DNA of 63,942 nucleotides, filler included, from Lenisia limosa (taxonomy: Eukaryota > Protista > Breviatea): the NCBI GenBank assembly GCA_001655205.1. It is 11 parts of 11 records of this genome, joined end to end, with 100 filler letters (N's around TTAATTAATTAA, not from the genome) between each part and the next. Parts side by side here need not be neighbours in the genome. Positions count along the whole stretch, not along the records: positions 26,398 to 34,479 come from LPNZ01010109.1; positions 34,580 to 40,039 come from LPNZ01008291.1; 9 more parts are not named here. One strand, 5' to 3'. Shown here one piece after another: positions 26,538 through 37,249 of this stretch. Position 1 is the stretch's first letter, and each line of letters starts with the position of its first letter. Made by a program: the position numbers and the translations under genes. The notes below the pieces were generated by a model. That model did no database searches. It worked only from the letters and a program-made list of their open reading frames with translations, and was not told where the DNA came from.

Positions 26538-29500
26538 ATATGACTTAATAACTCACCCCACCAACCCATTATTTCTCAAGTCAATAACAAGTCTTCCAAG
26601 CTTTCTGTGGTATTTTGCCCATCCCTGCTGAATCGTCCTGATTGTGTCCTGTGCTGTTAAAAAAAGCAGGAAAAACAAAATAGACTATGATCTGGAGACA
26701 GGGAAAGAAAACAAGGTTGTATCTGGCCGAGGCCAGTCACTGTACATCACATAGCAAATCTGTCAAGACTTATCCCGGCCAGTGAATATCACATAGCAAA
26801 TCGGTCAAGACTAATCTCGGTCACTGTACATCATGTAGCAAATCGGTCAAGACTTATCTGTGCAGATACCCCCCCCCCCCNNNNNNNNNNNNNNNNNNNN
26901 NNNNNNNNNNNNNNNNNNNNNNNNNNNNNNNNNNNNNNNNNNTGAAAATGGTGATAAGTAGGGCTTCGGTTCCAAAAAGACTGGTCAAAAATGGATTTAT
27001 TGAGAAATTCAGTCTTTTGTTGAACAGAAATGAAGTGCCAGTGACAAGGTATTATTTTACTCACAATATTTAAAATGATTAATTCCGAAACCGGACTGTG
27101 AAAAACTATTTTAATAGGATATGGAATCTTCAAGACACCCCTGTCGGGTGAGAATGGAATCTTCAAGAAACCAAAAAGGCACAAAACCAATTCTAAACAC
27201 AGCAGTTTGAAGGGTGTAATGTAATTACACAGATACCACCAACGTTCAAAAACAGTATTTCACGTACCCCCTCTTACGTTTTCCACCCAGAAAGCATTTC
27301 CATCATTTGACTTAAACATTCTATCTTCTGGGGCGACCTAAGTGGTGAGGTGGGTGATAGTTATGATGGTGATGATATGATGATGATGGTGATGATGATG
27401 ATAGTGATGATGATGATGATATGATGATGATGGTGATGATAGTGATGTTTATGTTGATGATATGATGTATGGATGATGACAATAATAATATTGATGCTGA
27501 TAATGAATAATACATATTAGATATAACACTGTCCCCACCTCAAATTCATAAGGGTACACGCCGGGTTCAGCCACGTCCCCGATAAGTTCGTGGACTTGAT
27601 CGTTGATGAGCTTCAAATGGTGCTCCTCGTGTGTCAAGATGGGAGAGGCGGAGGTGTTGACCTTGGGGTGGAGTAAAAATGGAAAAGTAATAAAAAAAAA
27701 TCAAATAAAAAAAAAGCTCAAAATCAAACACAATAACAAAGCTCAAAATCAAATATGAGCGGGGGAGTAAAATTTGAAAAGCTATGCACCCCCCCCCCCC
27801 CNNNNNNNNNNNNNNNNNNNNNNNNNNNNNNNNNNNNNNNNNNNNNNNNNNNNNNNNNNNNNNNNNNNNNNNNNNNNNNNNNNNNNNNNNNNNNNNNTCG
27901 GTTCCATTAAGCGACGTGGCTTTTACTACGACCGAATTGTGTACGGGGCGGCTGAATGTGATCTGTGGGGGAGTAAAATTGGAAAATATATGATTACTAA
28001 TCACGAACCAGTCTTTTCAGATCATTATAATCGATATAGTATATCACAAATATCGATATTTATCACAAATATATATACTATATATATCATATATCATATA
28101 TACACGTAGATCGATATTTATCACATAAATATCTCGAAAAAACCGCGGACCATGGGTCTGTGAGCAAAGAAGCCGAACCGAGACTGGCCGAAGCCTGCCG
28201 TCGCCAGGTTGAAACGTGCGCCGCTGTCCTTTGTGTATCCGATCTGGGGGGTGATGGGGGGAAACGAAGGAAATTTCGATGAAGATCACAAACAGTAAAA
28301 TTGGAAAATTTATGAAACAAAAAAAAGCCCAAAATCAACTCTGTTGGCTGACAACACACAAGGGTTGATAACAACAAACAAACAAAGCCCAGGCCAGTCG
28401 CATCTGCAGCACCGCATCCCATCACTCACAACCGACAAATACACCGGACATAGGATAATGACCAAAAACAAGTACCTTTTCGGAGTAGACGTGGAGAGCC
28501 TGAATAGCAGGAACGCCGTCAATCTAAAAAGTTAGTTCCACATTCCTGAAGTGCTTTATCAATTCATAGTAATCTTTATCAATTCATAGTAATCTTTATC
28601 AATCTTAAGATCTTAATCTAAAATGTCACTGATATCTCAATCTTTTGTTGCCTGCAGTACAGATACCCCCATTCCCCCTCTCGACCCAACCTCATCTACA
28701 ATGAAGGTGTGGCCCAATTCGGCAGCAGTGTCCTGGTACAAAGTTGTGTTATACGCCAGATCGTAGCCTTTTCCAAACTGCGGTATGAGGGGGGAAAACT
28801 AAGGAAAGTTCCATGAAGAATATTGGCGTAAAGGTCCTAATCGTGAAAAGACAATTATAATATGTATCAACAAAAAACCAAAATATCATCTTCAACAACA
28901 AGAACAACACCAACAAGCTTTAGAACACCCCTTACATCAGCAACAAGAACAGCAACAATTCCTTACAATCAACAACACCACTTACGTCATCAACAAGAAC
29001 AGCCACAATGCACTCGTGGCCCTCAATGTAGACCGGGAACATAACGAAAGGCAAACGGTACGTGAAGGCCGCGTACGGCGAGGGCTGGGGGGGGGGGAGT
29101 AAATTGGCGTAAAGGNNNNNNNNNNNNNNNNNNNNNNNNNNNNNNNNNNNNNNNNNNNNNNNNNNNNNNNNNNNNNNNNNNNNNNNNNNNNNNNNNNNNN
29201 NNNNNNNNNNNNNNNNNNNNNNNNNNNNNNNNNNNNNNNNNNNNNNNNNNNNNNNNNNGATTCACCCAAAGTTGATTTTGGGCTTTTCTGTTTCAACATT
29301 TGCCATTTTACTACTACCTCCCACTTTAATAAGGCGGGTGTGGGCGTCGTTCAAACGGAGGAAAATCTCTGCCAGGTGCTAAAATATCAGTTTTTGTAGT
29401 ATTATAATATTATATAATTACATGCAATTATACTACAATGTAGTACCAGTACACCTCATGATATACGTATAATATTATATATACAAAGCCATCACACCAT

Positions 29501-30801
29501 CACGCTTATATGATTATGATAGTACATGTAGTAGTATATCATATCATATACTAGTATACTACATGTATATACCATATAATATGCATATGTGTATCCCAAT
29601 AGCCCACCTCATGGCGACCATGCACATATTATAATATAGCGATGAGAAATAAAAAACAAGGTTGCATCTGGCCACACCATCATTCTTATAAGAGATAAGA
29701 GATATTAGATTAGAGGTAACACATGGTATGATACAACATAAAATACACACTGTTATATATCATATATTCCCAACAGGCCATCTCATAGGTTTCTATCATT
29801 TATTATGTACAATATAATCTAAATCCTCGAAAACTATCGATATTTTACCGGTCTTTTTTTCGAAACGAAGTGAAGCTCTACTCCCAATCGCCCACCTCAT
29901 AAGTGTCGACCTCGAAGCCCGTTGTAGGCATCTTCTTCTCAAGATCTGCCATGATGTCTACCTGAGAGGGGGGGTAAAACGAAAGGAAATTTTGATGAAG
30001 AATATTGGCGAACCGAATAATCTGAAACTCCAAAAAAACAAGCAATAACAAACACGTTAAAACTAGACAAAAACAAGAAGAATGAAACACAAAACCAAGC
30101 CCTAAAACTAAGGAAATATTTATTAAGAATATTGGTATAAACTACTAATATACAGCGGATCAACTTGGGTTATTATGAACACGAGGCGCATGGACTTGGA
30201 TTATAATGAAAAAGTAAGAATCCCAAGTCAATGCGCCGTAGTATACAGCCCAACTTATTGTACAAGACAGTGGCCGTGATAGTCTTGACTGTTCATAGTG
30301 GTCAGTGAATAATATATCATGTCTATGTCTATGTCTATGTCTGTCTCCCGATGTCCCAGTACATAACACAAACATCTGTTTCATTCGCCCTCCCTTTCCT
30401 AAGCCTGATTGCATGCGGAAGTATTAAGAACAGCAATTGCACAACCGAAGAAAACGCCAGAACAATTCAGACAATCCTGACCAATTCACCAAGCACAAAC
30501 CATCCCGTCCGCCAGCTCCTTGCTTACCTGAAGAGGCACGTCGGGGGATGGTGACGAGCGGGACATCTCGGTGAAGACGTAAAACTGAGCCGCTTCCTTG
30601 AGAGAAGATCGGAGCTACAACGTCAATCAGCAGCGACCTCCTCCTTCCAACCTGCAACTGTGTCTCCTTCGAGATTTTGATGGACTTAAAGCACTTGTCC
30701 ACATCCTCCACCCGCGAGAACTCCTGGAGAACCTCGCATTCCGGGGATCCGAAGACCGCCACTGCAGTGAGCAGGATTATTAATGTTATCAATGATTTCA
30801 T
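26538..30801 (-). CDS. Secreted peptidase S41-like protein (eukaryotic tail-specific-protease-like), 3' partial
   Basis: MKSLITLIILLTAVAVFGSPECEVL...VDKCFKSIKISKETQLQ|SLKEAAQFYVFTEMSRSSPSPDVPLQ|VDIMADLEKK|HLAEIFLRLNDAHTRLIK|PSPYAAFTYRLPF|IDGVPAIQAL|IGYTKDSGARFNLA|...RKLGRLVIDLRNNG. The LNDAHT, DxGARFN and LVIDLRNNGG motifs are typical of S41-like proteins. Truncated at a linker gap. Confidence 0.8.
26738..26862. repeat. ~40-bp tandem repeat x3 (family E unit)
   Basis: catagcaaatcggtcaagact(a/t)atc...ggtcactgtacat; the same unit occurs as an inverted pair at 63486-63550. Confidence 0.75.
27350..27500. repeat. (GAT)n microsatellite in an intron
   Basis: gatgatgatggtgatgatgatg run. Confidence 0.9.
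28244..28427 (-). mobile_element. Family A copy plus short C tail, ending at an S41-gene acceptor
   Basis: gagtgatgggatgcggtgctgcagatgcgactggcctgggctttgtttg...agccaacagagttgattttgggctttttttgtttcataaattttccaattttac...aaatttccttcgtttccccccatcaccccccAG. Confidence 0.85.
29962..30135 (-). mobile_element. Family C module ending at an S41-gene acceptor
   Basis: ttgtctagttttaacgtgtttgttattg...ggagtttcagattattcggttcgccaatattcttcatcaaaatttcctttcgttttaccccccctctcAG. Confidence 0.8.
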
Positions 30802-30967
30802 GCTTGATATCACTGGAAACAAAGAGTGCGCGAAAATTATGCCAGAACCTTAAAACCCGCCTAATATCGTAAACATTTTTAACCATTTTTTTTTAGCATG
30901 TTCCCCTAAAAACTCCGTACAATAGCAATAACAGAGTAAAGTAAAAGTATATTTAAGCGCTAAAAGA
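30802..30967. promoter_or_regulatory. Putative compact bidirectional promoter
   Basis: Only 166 bp separate the divergent start codons at 30801 (-) and 30968 (+). Inferred from geometry only. Confidence 0.45.
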
Positions 30968-33900
30968 ATGCCAGGATGGTTCAGTCGATTTTTTCGGTCA
31001 AGACCCACCCTGAGGGCTTCCTTCGAGGCAGTCCAGACATGGAGTGATGTAACAAGTGTCGATACATTGATAAAGGACTTTGTCTCCCGGGAGAGAATGA
31101 TGTGGAAGGTATTATTTCCGCTGCTTGGTGTGTAGCCTAACCATATAGATGGAGAATAAGCTAACTCGTATGGCAACTTCATCTCCGAAGTTTGCTGGGC
31201 GAATGGCTGCTTACAGGAAGCTCAGGCAAGAAGCTCTCTATTTGATGAGACAGATGGTGATGGTTCTGGAAGTTAGCCAGGCTACACGTCATGGAAGAGA
31301 TGTAGGCGGCGAAAGAGTCACTTAATCCGAACTTTCTCTTTCGAGGGGTCGTGGCGCCTCGCACTCTTCTAACCTCGCAGCTCTCAGTATTGGACTATGA
31401 TGAAGAAGTTCTGAGCGAAGCAGAGCGGTTGAATAGGTCGGTGTCGACATCAAGATCATCAGCTCTTCGTGGACGTCTTGCAATTGCCCCTGCAGCCCGC
31501 CTGCTTTCGCACGCCTTTGCTGAGGCTAGACTCGTTATTGTGATGCTTCCAGCGTCGCCGAGACACCGAGGTGGGCTCTGGCTTTCCTGCCGAGATCATC
31601 TTTCAGTCTTTTTCTTTCCATCTTGGCGGACTTAGCGGATAACTGTAACACACATGGGATATGTTATTGATTAAACGGGTAATTGTCTCATACGAATGGG
31701 ATATTTATTGATGACCGACTGATCAGAAGGGGTGCTTCTGGGTTCTTGGGGTGAGCGGAGCAGATTTGAGGAGAAAAATGGACAGGGGTCAATGAGGCTG
31801 TAGGATAATATTGAATTACAGAAAGTACTTGGGGGTGAAACAGGTGAACGAGGTTTTGTTTTCAACAGTGACCGTGCTAAGTCTGGAGAAATACTCTGAT
31901 TTCTGTTACAGAAAATAGGTCAAGACTAGGGCTTCACTTAGGTTTGATAAAATATCGATAGTTTTTGAGAATTTAGCGAAAAATCTAGTCTTTTTTCGAA
32001 CCGAAGTGAAGCCCTAAAGACTAAATAGTGTATATGGACGCACCTGATTGTATTTCTCATCTCATCATATATCTATACACTGAGTGCACGGATATTGAAC
32101 TTTATCTTTATTCAATCGTGTCAGGACTTATGGTTAGTGGATGTGATAAAAGCAAGCCTTCATATCCAATCGAAATACCATTAATATTCACTGACAGCTC
32201 TACGTCCTGACACGATTGGCCAAAGATAAGGCTCAATATCCGTGTAATAATGACATATCGCACTGTATACCAGAGTTTCGCTTTCGGTTCCGTAAGACTG
32301 ACAAAATATTGATATTTATGGAGGATTTATCGAAAATTCAGTCTTTTTTTTTTGGAATCGAGCTCTACTGTATTCTAGCCCCATACAGCCTTGAGCTGGG
32401 CTCTGCACTTCTTTGGTTATCTTTTTTTTTTGTTCCAGAAATTCACTGTCCTTCCGCACCCCCATCAAACATTCTTCCCTTACCCCTTCAGACGACACGA
32501 TGCTGTTCACAACCCTCGGGGTATTCGACCGCGCCTTTGCTTCTTTCGAACATTCTGTACGGGGGGAGGGGGGAGGGAGATAAATAGGGTTTGTTTCTCT
32601 TCGGTTCGATAAAATCCAATAAAATATCGATAGTTTTCGAGGATTTATCGAGAATCAGTCTTTTTTCGAACCAAAGTGAAGCCCTAGAGATAAATGTGAA
32701 CATTTGACGGGAGGAGTAATGGGTGGGAACAAAATATGGCATCCCTATGCATTCTTATGTTTCACTAGATTATTTTAATATAATTTTCTTGCTCTAAAAA
32801 TATATAACAAAGTAAGTACAGTGAGGGGTAGGCTTAACATTCAATTGGGGAAGGGGGTAGTAGGTGGGGGTTGTGAGTGGGGGAATGTAGAAACATCCAC
32901 ATATGATATATAAGGTTCAGTGTTCAGTTGTGCGTGGGTTGCCGGGCTTCATTTCGGCTTTTTCTATAAACTCTCGAAGACTATTGATACTTTACACGTC
33001 TTTTTTTTTGACGGGTAGCTCGGCTTTTAAATATCGGTAGTTTTCAATCGCGAATTTTTTGAGAAATCAGACTCAAGCAATCATTATTCCTTGGAAATTA
33101 TATACCCTTCGGTTATATTGTTGTGCGTGATGCTTAGGAGTGTGATGGTCAAAGAACGGGCTGTGGATTTCTGGATTAATATGTTTGCTAGTTAACGAGT
33201 ACCGTGAACATGTTTTTTTTTAAGCAAGACCTCTCGCTCATCACCGTTTGGTCATATGATTGTGTTTTTTTTTCTGAAAGAATATAGACTAACCCGCTCG
33301 CGAGATAAGTAGCCATATTTTTGGTGGTATTGATAGGGGGGCTTCCCTACGGTCCCAACAAAGACTGAATTTTTCAATAAATTCTCGATAAATATCGACA
33401 TTGTAGCGGTCTTTGTCGGACCGTGGGGAACCCTAGGTATTGATTTTGAAGAATAAATATCGAAACAACAGTAAACATCTGCATATTTCAGGCTCAATGG
33501 CACTCCCCGCCCATCTATCGCTTCAATCGTGATCTATGTGATCGTGACTAATCTCTTTAGTATGCTGAACACGCTTTCTCATCATGGACCACTGCTACCC
33601 CAGGTACGGCAATAATAATATAAAAATTATAGCATTTATAATTTTGACATGGTTCGGCAATAATTATGAATTGACAAAATTAAGGTGTCTGGGATGAAGG
33701 TCCCAATACTCTATGTCACACTTCGCTTTTTGCAATTTGTTTTTCAATTAATTGCAGGAGTCCTAGCAATAGCATTGCATAAGGCCTAGCAATAGCATTT
33801 TTATAGCATGCGGCATAATACTAGCATTTTTATAGCATGCGGCAATAATAATAACATTTATTCAGATATCATCTATGATATACACTGTATCTAGGAGTAT

Positions 33901-34802
33901 GTATTTTCTTGACATGATACTGCAATATTCTAGGATTTGTGTTCATGCTAAACTTGTTGTATTGGTCACCACTTACCTCCCCAGAATTGATTTGGGCTTT
34001 TTTTGTTTCATAAATTTTCCAATTTTACGTACGCTGGAATGATGAGATGCGGTGCTGCAGAAGCGANNNNNNNNNNNNNNNNNNNNNNNNNNNNNNNNNN
34101 NNNNNNNNNNNNNNNNNNNNNNNNNNNNNNNNNNNNNNNNNNNNNNNNNNNNNNNNNNNNNNNNNNNNNNNNNNNNNNNNNNNNNNNNNNNNNTTTTCAA
34201 TTTTACTCCCCCCCTCCCCCCAGAACGCAAACTCTCTGTCCTGGATCCAAACGGTCGGACACGGACACTCCTCTCTAACGCCCTCGATCTGGCTCTTCTC
34301 GATAAGACCATCGATATGCTTGATGTGGGGAGGAGAATATCGGGCAAGAAAATATATTAAACAAATCAAGAGAAACATAAGAATGCATAGGGAACCATCA
34401 ACAAGTCGAAATATCCTTCGTTTTACGCTGGAGTGATGGGATGCGGTGCTGCTGGCCTGAGCGTTGATTGTTTTGTTGTNNNNNNNNNNNNNNNNNNNNN
34501 NNNNNNNNNNNNNNNNNNNNNNNTTAATTAATTAANNNNNNNNNNNNNNNNNNNNNNNNNNNNNNNNNNNNNNNNNNNNATGATATATATAGTGTGTGTA
34601 TATGTACTCGTACATATGCATAATACAGTAAATATATTACATATGACATATTATATATCATATGATATCATATGTATATGTATATGATATATCATATATT
34701 ATATATATGAAATGTGTATACATATGATACACTGTATATAATTTTGAAACTTTTAGGCTTGAAATTGAATCTGGAGTCCTTGGATCTCTGGCTGAGAGCT
34801 GA
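30968..34802 (+). CDS. Hypothetical multi-exon protein with an Arg/Ser/Phe-rich N-terminus
   Basis: MPGWFSRFFRSRPTLRASFEAVQTWSDVTSVDTLIKDFVSRERMMWK|FAGRMAAYRKLRQEALYLMRQMVMVLEVSQATRHGRD|LSVLDYDEEVLSEAERL...|LYVLTRLAKDKAQYP|DTMLFTTLGVFDRAFASFEHS|...ERKLSVLDPNGRTRTLLSNALDLALLDKTIDMLD|LEIESGVLGSLAES-stop. Confidence 0.7.
31927..32016. mobile_element. MITE family B copy with clear TIRs
   Basis: ta-GGGCTTCACTTAGGTTTGA...TCGAACCGAAGTGAAGCCC-ta. Confidence 0.88.
32585..32687. mobile_element. MITE family B copy
   Basis: cttcggttcgataaaa...atatcgatagttttcgaggatttatcgagaatcagtcttttttcgaaccaaagtgaagccctag. Confidence 0.85.
33334..33435. mobile_element. MITE family B variant copy
   Basis: tagggggg-cttccctacggtcc...ggaccgtggggaaccc-ta inverted termini, with the shared ctcgataaatatcga core. 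Confidence 0.75.
33985..34223 (+). mobile_element. Two head-to-tail family A copies ending at an acceptor
   Basis: gtttcataaattttccaatttTAC|GTACGCtggaatgatgagatgcggtgctgcaga...N...ttttactcccccctcccccAG. Confidence 0.8.
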
Positions 34803-34879
34803 AAACTCCATTTTGGTGGCTGACCATTTCCACATTTTAACTTCAAGAGTCTACTTTGAGAGGGTTTCTTCCAAAAGGT

Positions 34880-35900
34880 GTGTGCTTTTTCTTCTCACGT
34901 TCTCAGTGTTTTTTTAAGTGCAAAGAACTCTACATTATCAAGATATTCACTGAGCATCTTCTTTTTTCTGGATTTTAATGTGTCCCCACCTTCTTTTTGT
35001 ATATCAAATAGAAGACAAACCAAATGGATAAGCTCTGCGTCGATTGGGATTTCTGGCTTCGGGCTTAATTCAAACAGCCACGTGTCACTTGAGGTCATCC
35101 CAACTGGTCTGCTAATAATCGCCTGAGATGAATTTTTTTCCACCTACCGGTCTTTTTTTATCTTCTGGGACATTACGAGCATCTGCTTCAATAGCGCATG
35201 AAATGAGATCAAGTTACTACAAAAGAAAAAAATACTGAAAGTAGCTGCTTTTATAGCGGTATGTGACGTTATTCCACAAAACAAATAGTCCGTATTATCC
35301 TGAAGCGTAAACACAGCGTCAACAAACTACAAGTCCTTTGGTTCCAATAAGAGATACAATTGGATGAAGTAAAAGAAATACGACTTCAATGATTGTCGGT
35401 GTATGTTGATTTTTTTTAACACAAAGAGAACTCCTTGACAGGGGCGGCTGTATAATTAAATTTACCAACTACCAACTTTTCCATCAACGAAGATTCTATC
35501 AACCAAACTCAGAGGAGATGCAATGGAACTATCAGCAAGAGTCAACTGACCAATCTGCTAGACATCAGAAAAGGGCTCTCGAAACCAACTTGGAAAATAC
35601 TTTGAGCCTTGACCACTGGAGTCGTCTGTTGATGGGGAGGTTTTGTGGATAAGGTTGAAAACGGAGGGAGCAGTGACAAAAAAGCAGACGCTTGAAAGAT
35701 AACAGGATAAAAAGCTCAAACCATTAGAAAGCGAAATGCAACTTGTTATCATATCAACAGCATTAGCAACATTCCCAGTTTGAAGTGCACAAGAAATAAC
35801 ATCCTTTGTCAAAAAAAAAACTAACCTTTGCATTGTATGGAATGGCATCACCCATGCTGATAGGAATAGAAAATTTGCCAAGTCAAGCTTCTGAACTCTA
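34880..35900 (-). pseudogene. Decayed intron-poor ORF of unknown family
   Basis: Fragments include FVDAVFTLQDNTDYLFCGITSHTAIK and AIISRPVGMTSSDTWLFELSPKPEIPIDAELIHLVCLLFDI; stops and frameshifts throughout. Confidence 0.35.
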
Positions 35901-37249
35901 ACTCTCTAACCTCTGAACACTTCCCGGGGAGCCCCGGGTCTCATGAAATGAGACCCGGGCAGCTTTCAAAGCCATTTTGTAGAGATTGGCTCATTCAAAC
36001 GGCAGTAAGAAATTCCGTTGGTCATTGATAAAAAGTAAGAAAAGAAGAGCTTTAGGGATGGTATTGTGGATACTTGTGGCTCTTTCAAAAGCCGAGATTG
36101 GAGCAAGGTTAACGTCCCTTCCCGGCCCTTTGCTTATAATAATAATAGGTTTCGTTGAAAAAGTTGTATTTCACTAATATTCTGCGCTGGTATCTTCAAA
36201 CTGGTATAATGATCATTATTCAAGCCATTTACATCCCTCATAACAAGTCAGATGCCCAAAGATGGTGAAATGAAGGACACTAATGAGTTGGAATGTGAAC
36301 CTTAGCTTCATTTCACAGTTGGTTGTGTTATTATGCTTATTAGTATTTTTAGAAGATCACACAAATAGTTTATCACTCATCATATTTTACCATTATATCG
36401 TATGATTATGGGACTTTATCACCCTCAACGTACTCAATTGTTTCCTTGATTGACTTTTTGACTAGAATGAGTGCTATAACATGAGAGTCACTGCAAGCTT
36501 ATACAGAGACTACTGCCAAGTACAGGTAAACTCGAGGACATATCCTGCTAACTACCGCTTGAAGGTCAAGCGTTCAATGTTGGTTGTGCGATAAGGATAA
36601 GGGATGTTCTGATCATTTAGTCCAAATAATAACACCGAGTTTGGCTTCGAAAATATCTCCCTTTGTAGACTGCAAAATATGNNNNNNNNNNNNNNNNNNN
36701 NNNNNNNNNNNNNNNNNNNNNNNNNNNNNNNNNNNNNNNCGAATACAACAAGGCATTTCTCAAGTTCAGCCTGTCTATGAAGTCGACCCACTCACTTTAA
36801 AACTCTGTACGGACTTGTGAATATGGAGTACGATCGGTTGGTGTTCCTTTTCCCTAACTCTCCAGCGAAAGCCCATTCAGTAGCGATTTCTCGCAACAAA
36901 TGAATGATTACGCAATCAATATGGCAGAAATATACCTATTTGTAGAAGGGGAAGTTGCTGAGCTGTTTGCTGTCTCAAAAAAGTCACTGTTTATGCCAAC
37001 AACCGATGAGCTGGAGGAAAATCCTGATTTGTTGTTGCAGAGAATGAAGCTGGAGCTTGGAGGTGAGACTACTTCATTTAATTGTGGCATCCTTGTTCCA
37101 AAAATCTCATCAAGCCAGTTGTCAAAGACCGAGTGAAGGCAAAAATGCCATATTTTGTCAAAAAAAATGGAAGTTCAGAAGAATCAAGCCGTTGATGACT
37201 GGGATGATGTTTCATAGTTCGTTTTTCTTACCTGTATACGTGAGCGCAA

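Noticed and set aside
26738-26862. Possible CRISPR-like repeat-spacer pattern
   Set aside because: The intervening segments are themselves similar, so this is a degenerate minisatellite.
27321-27515. His/Ile/Ser-rich ORF
   Set aside because: It is a translation of a (GAT)n microsatellite inside an S41-gene intron.
31179-31660. Minus-strand gene reading (LSAKSAKMERKRLKDD...)
   Set aside because: It is interrupted by stops, while the plus strand gives a continuous spliced frame with good donors and acceptors.
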